From Felis catus (taxonomy: Eukaryota), in assembly GCF_018350175.1 (NCBI RefSeq), contig NC_058373.1, positions 112,656,001 to 112,720,000 of the forward strand: 64,000 bases of DNA, in the 5' to 3' direction. The notes under the pieces are model-generated. The model did no database searches and had not been told where the DNA came from. It worked only from the letters and a program-made list of their open reading frames with translations. Shown piece after piece: positions 39,901 to 54,289 of the stretch; within the stretch, counting starts at the first letter, position 1, and the number at the start of each line of letters is the position of its first letter. The translations under genes and the position numbers were made by a program.

Positions 39901-42080
39901 ATTACTAATTTATCAGACCATGACATCTGTCCACTGGTACTTCTTACCTCACATTAGTCTTTTGAGTAGACTGTGCTCTCCCTAGATGAAAGACTTAATA
40001 TACCCAAAATGTACTTGGTTCTTTTTTGTCTCTGTGCTTTTACCTTGTATTTCTTCTCTATCTAAACTACCCTCTTTTTCTTACCCTTCCCCCATTTTTT
40101 CCTACAATTGAAATATTTGCCTTTAGAAAATCACTCAAATGTTACCTCTTCCATGAAGACTTACCTCATATCCTCACCAAAAAGTTTACAACTCTTATTT
40201 TGAACTTCAGCACTTTTTGTCAATTTGTGTCATTACCTACTATCTTATAGTTGTTTATGTGCTTTAATGTTTTGTATTACATTTGTAAATTCCCTAAGGA
40301 AGAGAGTTGCATTTATCTCATAATACTTAGTACGAGTTCTTAGTTTCCTAATATGCCTTAGTTGGAATATACTAAGACTATAGTACTTGTATTTTTGAAA
40401 ATTATTAAATAAGATAGTGTTTGTGAAAATAAACAAAAGAGTTATATAAAGTTAAAATATTTCTTTTTGCCGTGACTCTGGACATTCTATAGATGAAAAA
40501 CCACATCCCAAAATTAATTTTTAGATATTGAAAGAAACTGATGAACTTTTTGAAAAAGTGGCAAAATAAAAGTCCAAAAAGATTAAGAGAAAGTAACAGA
40601 TATAGTCTCTCATGAATATATACTAAGGTTTTTAATTCTATACACAATACATGCATAACACACACATAGAAAAGTAGTAATCTAGATATTATAACTTTTC
40701 TACATACATACAATACTGACTGGAGTTTTTATTTATACATTTATTAGCACTACTATTTAGGATGTCTTCTGAGAGTAGATGAAGTATTATTAGAAATATA
40801 ATAGGCCTGGGCTTGTTTACCAAAAAGTTGGAATAAAAAGAATTAACTGAATTTGTATTTGCCAATAACCTTGTGGTGAAGGGACTTAATACTTGGAACA
40901 TCTTAAACATTCTTGGAAAATAGAGTTACATTCTTATAATTGGAAATTAAATTCCAAGTTCCATAGTACTTTATAAATTACAAATATATTGAAATACATT
41001 ATTGTCAGGATAAATTCATTGCCATTATCCTTAGAAAAGGAATCTACATTAACACAGATGGGATGAACTTGCTGTATAAAATTACAAAGATCCCAGGGGC
41101 ATGTATCAGTCAAATTCTCTGTACCTTAAAGATAAAACCTCATAAAAACACATTAATGATAGAGAGATAGATGATTTAACTGATAAAGAGATCAAAATAA
41201 TGGTCCTAAAGATAGTCACCAAGGTCTGGAGAATAATGTCTGAACAAAGTGAGAATTTCAAAAGGAGAATATAAGGAGGTACCACACAAAAATCACATAG
41301 CTGAAGAATACATAATTAAAACAAGCAGTAGTGGAATTTAACAACACTAGATGAAGCAGAAGAAAGAATCAGCAAACTTGAAGACTGGGCAATGGAATTC
41401 AATCAGAGGAGAAAAAAAAATTGAAGATAGTTTAAGACACTTGTGGGACAGCATCAAGCAGACTAGTATTCACAATGTAAAGATCCCAGATGGAGGAAAG
41501 GGAAAGAAGTGGAAAGCTTATTTGAAGTAATAATGGCTGAAAATGTCCCTAAGCTAAGGAAGGAAATAGACATCCAGACTCGAGAAGCCCAAGAGTTCCA
41601 AATTGGATGAATCCAAATAGACCCACTGAAAGACATAAAAGCAGCAAGAGAAAAAAAAAAACTTTTTTTTATATACAAGGGATCCTTAGAAGATATCAGT
41701 AGATTTTTTTTCAGCAGAAACTTTGCAGGTCAGAATGGAGTGACAAAAAAATATTCAAGTGCTGAAAGAAAAAAATAAAAAGCCTGCCAAACAAGAATCC
41801 TCTACCAAACAATGTTGTCCTTCAGAATTGAAGGAGAGAGAAAGAGTTTTCCTTATGAGCAAAAGCTGAAGAGTTCAGCACTACTAGACTGGCCTTACAA
41901 GAAGTGTTAAAGGGATTTCTTTTAGTTGAAACAAAAGGGTAATATTTAGTAACAGGAAAACAAATGAAAGTGTAAATCTCATTGGTAAAAATAAATATAT
42001 AGTTGATTTAGAATAATGTTTTAATGGTGATGGATTGATCACTTATATATCTAATGTGAAAGTTAAAAGACAGAAGTATT

Positions 42081-42250
42081 GGGGTGCCTGGGTGGCTCAG
42101 TCATTTAAGCCTCCAGTTCTTGATCTCAGCTCAGGTCATGATCTCACGGTTGGTGAGGGCTCTGCACTGACAATGGGGAGCCTGCTTGGGATTCTCTCTC
42201 TCCTTTTCTCTCTGCCTGTCCCCTGCTCACTCTATGTCTCTCAAAAAAAA
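42081..42250 (+). mobile_element. CanSINE (internally shortened)
   Basis: ggggtgcctgggtggctcag head; imperfect TSD ending aagtatt. Confidence 0.9.
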
Positions 42251-44271
42251 AAGGCAAAAGTATTAAAAAATAACTATAACTATAGTAACTTATTAATGGA
42301 TATGCAAGTTAAAGAGATGTAAATTGTGACACCAAAAATAGAATGTAGTGCAGGGTGTAAAAATGTAGAGCGTTGGAATGTTTTCAAACTTAAGTTATTA
42401 TCTACTTTAAATCAGCTGTTATAAATATGTTTTATGTAAGCCTCATGGTAACCACAAAGCAAAAACCTATAGGAGACACACAAAAGATAAAGAGAAAGGG
42501 ATCGAAACACACCACTACAGAAAGCCATCAGATCACAAAGAAAGGGAGCAAAAGAAGAAACAAAGGTATTACAAAACAGCCAGAAAACAACAGAATTACA
42601 GTCAGTCCCTACCTATTAATAATTACTTAAAATGGACTGAATTCTCCAATTAAAACATAGAGTGGCAAATGGATTAATGAAAACAAGACCCCACTATATT
42701 CTGCCAACAGGAGTCTCACTTCAGATGTAAGGACACACACAGAATGCAAGTGAAAGGATGGAAAAAGATATTTTCAAATGGAAAACAAAAGAAAGCTGAG
42801 ATAATTATGCTTATACAAAACACATTTCAAGAAAAAGGCAAAAGAAGGTCGTTGTATAATAATAAAGGGATCAATCCAACAAGAGGATACAACATTTGCT
42901 AAAACTTATGCACCAAAGAATGGAGTATCTAAATATATAAAGCAAAAATTAACAAACTTTAAGGGAAAATTAGAGAGCAATACAATAATGGTAGGAGTCT
43001 TCAGTACCCTGTGCTTTCATCAATGATTAGATCACCCATACAGAAAATCAGTAAGGAAACATTACACTTAATGACACTTTAGACCAAATGGACTTAATAG
43101 ACATTTACAGAACTTTCCTTCCAAAAGCTGCAAAAAGATACACATTTTTCTCAAACACACTTGGTCCATTCTCCATGATCATATATTAAACCACAGTACA
43201 AATCTTAATAAATTTAAGATTAAAATCATATCAAGCGTCCTTTTTATTCATAATTGTATAAAATTAGAAATTACAAGAAGAAAAATGGAAAAATCACAAA
43301 TATATGGAGATTCAACTACATGCTACTGAACAAGTGGATCAAAGAAGAAACCAAAACAAGATCAAATATCGTGGGAGAAATGAAAATGGAAATGTAGCAT
43401 TCTAAAACTTGCGAGATGAAGCAAAAGCAATTCTAAAAGGGAAGTTCATAGCAACAATTTCCTACTTTAGACCTCAACTAAACTTTATACCTCAAGGATC
43501 TAAAACAGAAAATTTTAAGCCCATAGTTAGAAGGATGGAAATAAAGAACAGCAGAAATAAAAGATCTAGAGAATAAAAACAACAAAAATACCAATGATAT
43601 TAAGAGCTGATACTTAGAAAAGATTTAAAAAATTGGATTCACCAAAAATATAATAATAAAAAGGTGACTCAACTAAATAAAACCATTTATAAAAGAGGAA
43701 ATGTTAGAACTGATGTTACACAAATACAAAGATCATAAGAGACTATGGTGATTAATTGTATGCCAACAAATTGGGCAACCTACAAAATAAGGATAAATTC
43801 TTAGAAACATACAGTCTACCATGACTTAATCATGAAATAGAAAATCTGAACAGACCAATTACTAATAGGGAGATTGAATCAGTAATTTGAAACCTTGTAA
43901 CAGATCAATGGCCATATGGCTTCACTGGTGAATTTTATCAAACAGAGAAGAATTAATACCAAGCCTTCTCAGACTCTTCCAAAAACAGAAGAGGAAAGAA
44001 TACTTCCAAATTCATTTTATAAGAGCAGCATTACCCTGATACCAAAACCAGAGAAGAAAATTACAAGAGAAGGAAAATACAGGTCAGTATCCCTAATGAA
44101 CATAGATGCAAAAATCCTCAACAAAATATTAACAAACTGAGTACAACAATAAAAGGACCATGATGAAGTAGGATTTTTTTCCCAGTGTTTCAATGATGGT
44201 TTAACATCCATCAATCAATTGATGTGATAGACCGCATTGACAAAATAAAGGATAAAAATCATATAATACTT

Positions 44272-44480
44272 GGGGCACCTGGGTGGCACAGATGGTTAAG
44301 CATCCAACTTTGGCTCTGGTCATGATCTCTCGGTTTGAGGGTTCGAGTCCCATGTCAGGCTCTGTGCTGACAGCTCAGTCTGCTTTGATTCTGTGTCTCC
44401 CTCTCTCTCTCTGCCCCTCTCCTGCTCACTCTCTGTTTCTCTCTAAAAAATAAATAAACATTAAAAAAATTTTAATTAAA
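44272..44480 (+). mobile_element. CanSINE
   Basis: ggggcacctgggtggcacag head; TSD aaaaatcatataat / aaaaatcatacaat. Confidence 0.92.
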
Positions 44481-45867
44481 AAAATCATACAATCCTCTCA
44501 ACAGATGCAGAAAAAGCATTTGACAAAATGTAATATCCATTCATGATGGAAATTCTGAACAACATGGATATAGAGGAGATGTATCTGAATATAATAACAC
44601 AGGTGATAAGCCCACAGCTAACATCATACTCAATGGTAAAAAACTGGAAGCTTTCCATCTAAGACTTGGAACAAGACAAGGATGCCTACCTCACCACTTT
44701 TATTTAACAAAATACTGGAAGTCCTAACCAGAGCAATTAGAAAGGAAAAAGATAAGTCACCCAAATCAGAAAAGAAGTAAAACTGCCTGCAGATGACATG
44801 TTATTATATATAATAAACCCTAAAGACTACACCAAAAAAAAAATGTTAAAACTAAGAAACAAATTAGTAAAGTTGCAAGCTACAAAATCAATATGTATAA
44901 ATCAGTTGCATTTCTATACACTAATGAACTATTAGAGAAATTAAGAAAACAATCTCATTTACAATTGCATCAAAAAGAATAAGATACCTAGGAATAAAAT
45001 TAACGAAGGAAGTGAAAGTCCTATACACTGAAAACTACACGACATTGATGAAAGAAATTGAAGACACAAATAAATGGAAAGATATTTCATGATCATGGAT
45101 TGAAATAATATTGTTACAATGTCCGTATTCCCAAAACAATCTACCTATTCAGTGCAATTCCTATCAAAATTCCAGTGGCATTTTTTACAGAAATAGAACA
45201 ATCATTCTTAATGGAAACGCAGAAAACCCCAAATATTGAAAGCATCTTGAGAAATGTGAACAAAGCTAGAGTCATCACACTTACTAATCAACTGTATTAC
45301 AAAGCTATAGTAATCAGAACAATATATCAAAAGCATAGAAACAGACACAGATCAGCTGAACGAAATAAAGTACTCATAAAAAAAACCCATGCATATGTAG
45401 TCCATTAATTTAGGATGAAGGAGCCAAGAAAATACAATGGGGAAAGGATAGTGTCTTTTATAAATGGTGGGAAAACTGGACAGTTACATGAAAAAGAATG
45501 ACAATAGGACTACTATCCTATCTTAAACCATACACAAAAATCAACTCAATATAAAGTCTTGAATGTAAGACCTGAAACCATAAAACTCCTAGAATAAAAC
45601 AGTGGATAAGCTTCTAGACATCATTCTTAGGCAGTGCTTTTTTGGATTTGACTCCAAAAGCAAAGGCAACAAAAGCAAAAATAAATGGGACTACATCAAC
45701 CTAAAAACCTGTACAACAAAGGAAGTCATCAACAGAATGAAAAGGCAACCTATGGAACAGAAGAAAATATTCACAAATTATATATCCAATAAGGGGTTAA
45801 TAATATCCAAAATATATAAAGAACTCATAGAACTTAGTAGAAAAAAATCCAATTAAAAAATGGTCAA

Positions 45868-46078
45868 GGATGCTCAGTTGGTCAAGCATCTGACTCTTGA
45901 TTTCAGCTCAGGTCATGATTCCAGGGTTGTGGGATCCAGCCCTTCATCAGGCTCCATGCTGAATGTGGAGCATGCTTGGGATTCTCTATCTCTATCTCCC
46001 TCTCCCTCTGCCTCTCTCCCCCACTTGTGCTTGCTCTCTCACTCTCCCTCTCTGTCAAAAACAAAAAAAATTTTTTTA
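45868..46078 (+). mobile_element. Older CanSINE
   Basis: gctcagttggtcaagcatctgactcttgatttcagctcaggtcatga; TSD-like aatggtcaagg / aatgggcaaagg. Confidence 0.88.
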
Positions 46079-47882
46079 ATGGGCAAAGGATCTGAATAAA
46101 CATTTTTCCAAATAAGATCTAAATGACCAACAGTTACATGAAAAGATACAAAGAATTGGAAATCAAAACTGCAATGCAATACCACTTTACTCACCTGCTA
46201 GAATGGCTATTATCAAAAAAGATGAGATAACAAGATGTGCAGAAAAGGGAATGCTGTGTACTGTTGGTGGGAATGTAAATTGGTTCAGTCACTATGGAAA
46301 AGAGTATGGCAGTTGCTCAAAAAATTAAAAATAGAACTACCATATGATCTAGCAGTTCCATCTGGGTATTTATCCAAAGGAAAGGAAATCACTATCTTGA
46401 AAAGATGTCTGCACCCCCATGTTCATTGTAGCATTACTTACAGTAGCCAAGACATAGAACAACCTGTGTCTATTGACAGATGAATGGATGAAGAAACTGT
46501 GGTATGTATATGCAATGGAATATTATTGAATGTAAAAATGAAAGAAATCCTGCTGCTTGCAGCAACATAGTTGGACCTGAGTACATTATGTCAAGGGAAA
46601 TAAATCAGATGAAGAAAGACAAATAACTATTATCTTACATATATGTGGAATCTAAAAATAACCAAACTCATAAATACAGAGAACAGATTGGTGGTTGCCT
46701 GAGGCAGGCATTGCACAATGGGTGAAATGGGGGAAGGTAGTCAAAGACACAAACTTCCAATTATAAGATAAATGTAAGGGATGTAATGTTAGCATGGTGA
46801 CTTTGGTAAATACTGCTATATTGTGTATTTGAAAGTTTCTAAGAAAGTAGATTGTAAGAGTTCTCATTACAAGAAAAAAATGGTAACTGTGTAGTGATGG
46901 TTGTTAATTAAGCTTATTGTATAATCCTTTCCCAATATATATACATATCACATCATTTTTGTACACCTAAAACTAATACAATGCTATTTGTCAATTATAT
47001 ATCAATTAAAAGAATATGGAAAATTTAAAGTAAATAGCTATCATCTCTTGTCTTTGTGAACAGGACTCAAGAAAAAAAAACAATAAAACATAAGACAAAT
47101 TTAGGTTATTTCAGAGTGAAAGTAGTTAATAATCTCATTCATGGGAACAAGTTTTGGGAAAAGATTGTTATATGACTTAAAAATCTTAGTTTTAAAATTT
47201 TAGAAATAGACTAATCCCTTTGTTTTCAGCTGATGAAAATTAGATGTTACCAGGTGAAAGTAACACAGCCAGTTACTGAAAAAGCATGATTCCAACTCTC
47301 ATATGAAATCCAGGCCTTCAACTCTTGATTCCTGTCTTCCAGTGCTTTTCCATTGTTTATGTTTCTTATCTAACCACCTAGTTTAAAAGTGGCTTGGAAA
47401 TTTACAGTAATCTTGAAAGACCTTTCTGCTTTCAGTTGCCCTTGTTTTTCAATGGATCTGTTAGCAGCTGAGCTCTCCAAACTCTCCCCACTGCCATTCA
47501 TTTGTGAGAGACCTTATTTTACTTTAAAATTTACACTTTGCTAAGAAGCAATAGCTCAAATTTAAGTCTCCCTCAACTCTTGAGTGCTCTTTGTTTTAGA
47601 CTTTTGAAAATATTACTGTGCTAGACATTTTTATATTTATCTCATTGAAATCTTAGAACTGTATGAGATACAAAGAAGCTAGAGAAAGACGATATTTTGG
47701 CCATTACTTCTTTAAATTGGCTAATATATTCTGATTTTATGTCAGTACATCTTTACAATCTAACACACTAGCTATTGTGAAAACCTCAGCCAGAATGCCC
47801 AATTTGTGTAACAATTGGTGAATCTCTAGCTGTAGTAATTTCATTCTAAAACAGTTGTTCCCGTGTGAAATACAATGTCTGA

Positions 47883-48050
<168 letters not shown>

Positions 48051-48671
48051 TAGTATAAAGTTTTAGCCAACTGCAAATTAGTCAACCAAAAAGCTGGAGC
48101 ACTCCACAAGGCTTCCCTCACTTCTGACACCAGTTGCAACCTAGCATATTCCCAAAGCCACCCTCACTTTCGATAATTCACTAGAAAGACTCACAGAACT
48201 CACTGAAAGATGTTATGCTGGTGGATATAATTTATGACAGGGAAAGGATACAAATTAAAGTTAACCAAGAGTAAAAGAGAAGAACTAAATGCACACCTTC
48301 TATAATCCTCTCCCTGTAGAGTCATGAAAGCATTATTCTTTTGGCATCAGTGTATGGCAGCACAGGGAGCATTGCCAATCAGGGAGCCGCCAAGCCTTTT
48401 GTGTTCAGAGTTTTACTGGGGCTCATCACATTCTGCCAATATGGCTGGCCTTTAGTCTCTAGCCCTTTCCAAAAGTTAGGCTGATTCCTTTAGTCCCCAC
48501 CACTTTCCAGAGGCAAAACTGATACCCAAATGCCCAAAGCACCCATTATAAATCACATTGTTAATACTGTCTGGTGGCCAAAGCTCCAAGGCAAACAAAG
48601 ACTCCTATCACATCCCAAAAACTGAGAACAAAGGCCACACTCTCTTGAGATAAGGTTAAGTCTTCATTACA
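48051..48671 (-). repeat. 3' LTR of the ERV-L element
   Basis: Shares ggagcactccac..ttccctcacttctg, ctcacagaactca and aaaggcca..ctc..aaggttaa blocks with the other LTR. Confidence 0.85.
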
Positions 48672-51600
48672 CAAGCTTCCCCCTGGCCTTTGGCTGAGGC
48701 TGTCTTATAGAAAATGATTGTATTTATCTGGCTGGGCATCTATATTTACTACAGCATTTATATTACAGATGCAACAACAGTATCAGTATGAATATGTCTA
48801 AAATTTGAAGAAGCCAGTATGAGAGATGAATTTGAGAAACAGCTAATCTATCCTCTAAAGCCATTACACACATTTTCATATTTTTGTACTAATATACTAA
48901 TTTTTCTACCTCAATCTGCTACTATTTGTATTATGTGATACTTTGAACAGAACTATTTACCACAGAAATTAGCTGACTTTTTCAAGCCAATCATTTTTCC
49001 ATTGGTATTATATTCTGAGGGGGATTTAACCCAATTTCCCATTATATATGATCATCAATATCAGTATTCTAATCTTTCTAGCAACACCAGTTTTATAACA
49101 TTTCACAGTAGGGTGGTAGATATAACCTGAAATATGAGCCAGAAGATACTGGCACACTACTGGAGTCCTACACAGATATTAACAACCTAGTCCATCATCA
49201 TATCATATGACCAAAATGTCTCCCAGAGCTATGCTACTCAGGTTTACAGGCTTATCAGGTTCCCAGAGCAGGAGTAGTCTCAGCAACATAGGGCTTTACC
49301 CCTTCTGGCATCTATTACAACTGAGCTAAGAAACAGTATCCTCTTGTTCTAAGGATTTTGAGACACCAATATAATATTGGATCTCTTTCATTGCATAACC
49401 CATGTACTCATTCCTTTACCTCCAGTTACCATTCCTCCTTCTCTCCATTTATACTCGGACTTTTCCTATGAAAATCTTTGAATGAGACAGTTGATTTGGC
49501 CACTGTGCTGGTCCAAATTGCCACCAGTAATACTTATTCAGCAAGTGCCACCTGCTTAGTCCTTTTCCATTCATATTAGGTAGGGTTACGTAGTAGGTAC
49601 AGAACTAGTGAGCAATCGCACACACCAGGCAATGTAACTGCATCCATTTTCAATCCCAATTTGTCCAGATGGAGTCAGGCATAATCTACCTCATCAGGCC
49701 CTTAGGAACTCTGACATAAAGACTTAAAGATACAGTTTCTGCTTAGGAATCATCCTGCTTCTGGCACGCACAGTTGCAGCCCTGCTCCTGTCACCACAAC
49801 ATCAGGTAGAAAAAAAGAAAGTTGATCTGATATGATAAAAGAAAAAGTATAGTCCTAAAGAAAAAATATAGTCTTACCAACATCACCCCCCAACCCTCTC
49901 TTCCCCAGAAAGGTAGAGGACTATATTTAGTGGGGACCCTCCCTTGGCCTCCCTCATGTTGAATGTGACCACACACTAATGAGAGTATGTAAGCCATGCT
50001 CCTCCTTTTTTAGACAACAAATGTTTCCATTGCCCATTCAAATTTTCTATCAAATCATTGCTCTGAATATGAAAGTGTGTACCTTGGTCTAAAGAAATGT
50101 GACTCTACAGTCATTGGTACAATATTTTCTGCCCTAGTCCTTTCATAGTACACTGAGCATTTGTATCTACCATTGGGTAAGCAAAGCCCAGTACCGAGTA
50201 AATGTCTATTCCTGTTAGGACTCATTTGTAGCCTCCAGAGACTAGCAACATCAGTCCAACTTGCTAGCTATGTGTAGGACCTTCCCCTATGGAATCTGCC
50301 ATATAGCTTTCTGCTGTCTTTTTTGTTAGCAGACAGAACAGTTCTTGTTGGCATTTTGTGCCTCAGAGGGTACAAGAGAAATTTATCAATTCAGCCCATC
50401 TCTGCATTGTTGCAGCCCCCCATTGTCCATTCATCTCATAGGCCCAGGTGCCATGTCAAGTGTGCATGCTCGGATATCTGCTCATGAGTTCCAGTTAACT
50501 TCCCATTCTGAAAGGGGGTTTTTCTGATGGGGATTAACGTATTCTACTTTAATATACCCCTTCTATTCCCGGAGTAATTTCCATGTCCTATACAGGCATC
50601 CCTTTGATAGACCAATTTTCCATTGCCCTTCTGCCTAACCATATGACCAAGCTCCTGGACACTTCCTATGAGTTGGTAAAAACCCAAACATAGGGGCAAA
50701 CACCATGCAGTTCAGCCCATCGAGCTGATTTGTTTTTACCTTCTTCAATCAGAGTGGCGGCCTTCCAAACAGGATGCTGTCCCTTCACCTTGGAATTGCC
50801 ATCCATAAACCAAGCAGCTCTTTGTTGATCAGTAGAAAGCTGTTTATAGGGCACCGCCCAAGTGGCCCAAGTGGCCATAGGATCCAGCAGCTCCTCAGGT
50901 GGTTCCGAAGTCGGCCCTAGGTGAAAAGAGGCTACCTGCTCGTGAGTACCTCCTTGCATTCTCCTGGTAGCATGATCCTATATGCACCATTTCCATTTTA
51001 TTATGGAACTCTCCTGGGCATTGCCTTCCCATTAGAGCATTTCTCTACTATTACCTAAAACATTATGGATATTTCAGGTTTCAAGATAATTTTATGTTCT
51101 TCAGTCATAGGGTAGTCTCAATTATAAATACAATAGCAAGCTAGTAAATGCCCCTCAAATGGAAATTTTCTGGTCCCAAATCCCAGCAGTTGTTTTTAGG
51201 TGGCATTCACAGGTTTTTGCTATAAACCTAGTTTGCACTCCACCAGGCCCCTGGACACTTCCTATCAGTTGGTAAAAACCCAAACATAGGGGCAAACATG
51301 CAGTTCAGCCCATCAAGCTGATTTGTTTTTCCCTTCTTCAATTAATAACCTGTGTTGATTCAGGCAATCTTACTTATTCCCACTTGACATGTACAATCTA
51401 TGTTAGTGGAAGAGTGGATTTATATGCTTTGTTTTACAGTACTAGGTAGGGGAAGAATTATCCAGTCAAACATAATATTCATCCCCATAATACATTCCAG
51501 TGAAGGAGACTGACCACTTCATATAAAGTTCACTGTTCAGACATTCTAATTTTCATCCCAACTTTCACCATAATTCCATCAACTGTTGTATCTCTGTATA

Positions 51601-52536
51601 ATTCCAGTCTAACTGTATCCCCTCATTAGAATTTCAACAGGTGTTAGAATCACCGTACATGAGTAGTGCCATGTCAAGGAATCCTAGAAAAGGATCTTCT
51701 CCTTCCCATGACCATTTTATCCATTTGTGTGTATATGGCCTTGGATCTCTAGGCCTGGGTTGGACCAAGGGATTCAGACTCTTTGGTCTAGACTTATATT
51801 GATTAGATTTGGGACCCTCACTTAAGGTGATTCAAGGTGAGGTTTCTTTTAGTTATCTATGCCTTCTAGCTTTTAAAATTCCTTCAAACTAGGGTAAATT
51901 TAGATTTGTTTAGGACCCTTTAATGTTGGGAGACCAGTGCTCCCCATCTGTCTGCTCAACCCATAATGGTGCTACATTAAGACCTTTCTTTTGCCTCCAA
52001 CAGTGCTCACTTTATTCATCCATTTCTTAATAATCATTTAAGTATTTCTACCCTGACAGGACAAGTCCCTTGTGTCTCCCATTTCTCTTTTCCCCATTCT
52101 CTAATGAATAAATCTAACTTTATTACTATTTATTCCTTCAGCGTAACATTTTTCTTTGGAAGCAGCTCAGGGGCTAGCAGCTATATGTCAGATGAGCCAG
52201 AATCTAAGCTTGGTGCAACCTTAGGATCCACCCCTACGTTCTCCATTTTGTTTTAGTTAGTACAGATAACAATAGCCAAGAGATTGTATATTTACCTTGT
52301 TTCTCTATGCATCCAATACAACTCCTTAAAAGTTGCATCTTTCATTTCAAAATTCCATTGCTTTTATCTCCAATAACTAATCATAGCACAGTTACAACTG
52401 CATACTGTGCATGATCCTGTGTTTATCCAGGCTCTAAAGATTCATCATCCCCACCCTCTTCCGTTCTCTTCCCAGATCATGCTTCATGATCACATGAGTC
52501 AGGATCTTTCTACTGAGTTTCATTTCTAACACCAAC

Positions 52537-53190
52537 TGTACAGAGTTTGGGCCAACTGCAAAAGTTAGCCAGCTATAAATGTGGAGCACTCCACGAGACT
52601 TCCCTCACTTCTGGCACCATAAAACTACCCTCAATTTTAATATTTCACTAGAAGCACTCACAGAACTCATTGAAAGCTGCTAAACTCAAAGTTATGGTGT
52701 ATTACAGGGAAAGAATACAGATTGAAATCAGCCAAGAGAAGTAGCATATAGGGCAAACTCTGAGAGGTTCCTCAAATGAGGAACTTCTGTTCATCCTCTC
52801 CCATGGAGTCAGGGATAGCATTACCTCTTCTTGGCCATAATATGAGATAGTACACACAGAATATCACTAAGTAGGCACACTCACCTTTGTCTTTGATGTC
52901 CAGAGTTTTTACTGGGACTTGATCACATATTACCCATATGGTTGACCTTTAGTCTAACCCTTCCCAGAGGAAAAACTGTCTTTAGTCTCCAGTTTCTTCC
53001 AGAGGCCAAACTGACCCCATGTTTCCCTAAATCCTCATAATAATCCACATTATTAGATTGTCCAGTGGGCAGATCACCCAGGCAATCAGCGACATTCCTT
53101 TTAGGCAAGACCAGGAACTAGAGTTCACCTCCCAAAAGCTGAGAGTAAAGGCCAGACCTCTCGTTAGTCAAGGTTAAATTCTTTGCCATA
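52537..53190 (-). repeat. 5' LTR of the ERV-L element
   Basis: Starts TG at 52537 next to the PBS; homologous to 48051-48671. Confidence 0.85.
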
Positions 53191-53863
53191 TAATCTTTAT
53201 CTCTAAGGTGACTGAACCATACAAAGAGAAGTCAAAAGATTAGGCACCCTTACAGATATTCCCATAACCCTCTGTAAATTTTAAGATATTTCTTTATATC
53301 TTAGATTTTAAGGTAAGTTATTTTAAAAGAGAAAAACCTCTGCCCAGATACATTCCCCAGACATATCTGGCCCTATGTTCTGGTTTTAAAGTTCTACCTA
53401 TTCTCTTTTGGTGATACATTACAGGTAACAGTGGACACTTGAGCAGGAGACTATAGTGATTTTTATGCAGTGCTCTGTACAAACTCATATCTATTTTTGC
53501 ATATTGCACAATGTTGCCTAGCTGTATTTTATGATGGTAGTCAGAACTTTAGCTCTCCAAATAAATTAAGTCAGTCCTCAATTGGTTTGTTAATTCTAGT
53601 ACTCTGCTCTAACAAGAAAGGTGAAAACTGTTTCCTGCCTTTCTCATAATGCCTCTTTAAGACCCAAAGTTGTATAGAAATTTTAGTTTAAGAAAAATGT
53701 ACTCTAGGCTTATACATTACTGTAGTTCTACAGCTTACAGAGAATACTTTAATATATATAGTGTGTACTTCATATTTCATATTACAAAGACAGTACCTTA
53801 AATATGATTTATTCTTAAGACTGACAGAAAGAAATATAGATCCAAAATCACAAATAAATGTGA

Positions 53864-54289
<426 letters not shown>

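Larger units (their letters stand above)
41150..47012 (+). mobile_element. Old L1 (L1MA-like), ORF1 to 3' end, heavily degenerate
   Basis: ORF1 remnants (aggaaatagacatccag); ORF2 remnants [18 protein letters not shown] and CWWECKLVQ; 3' end tgtacacctaaaactaatacaatgctatttgtcaattatat. Confidence 0.9.
48051..53190 (-). mobile_element. ERV-L class provirus relic with two LTRs (MER77/MER21-group-like), antisense to GPHN
   Basis: Homologous direct repeats at 48051-48671 and 52537-53190; PBS TGGTGTTAGAAATG (rc of 52521-52534, tRNA-Leu-like); PPT-like ggccagggggaag (rc near 48675-48690); RNase H motifs WFMDGN / SARWAEL / VFTNS (ORF 50666..50959); integrase motifs IDIYSVLGFAYP, ISLDQGTHF, QSNDLIENLNG (about 50020-50210). 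Confidence 0.88.
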
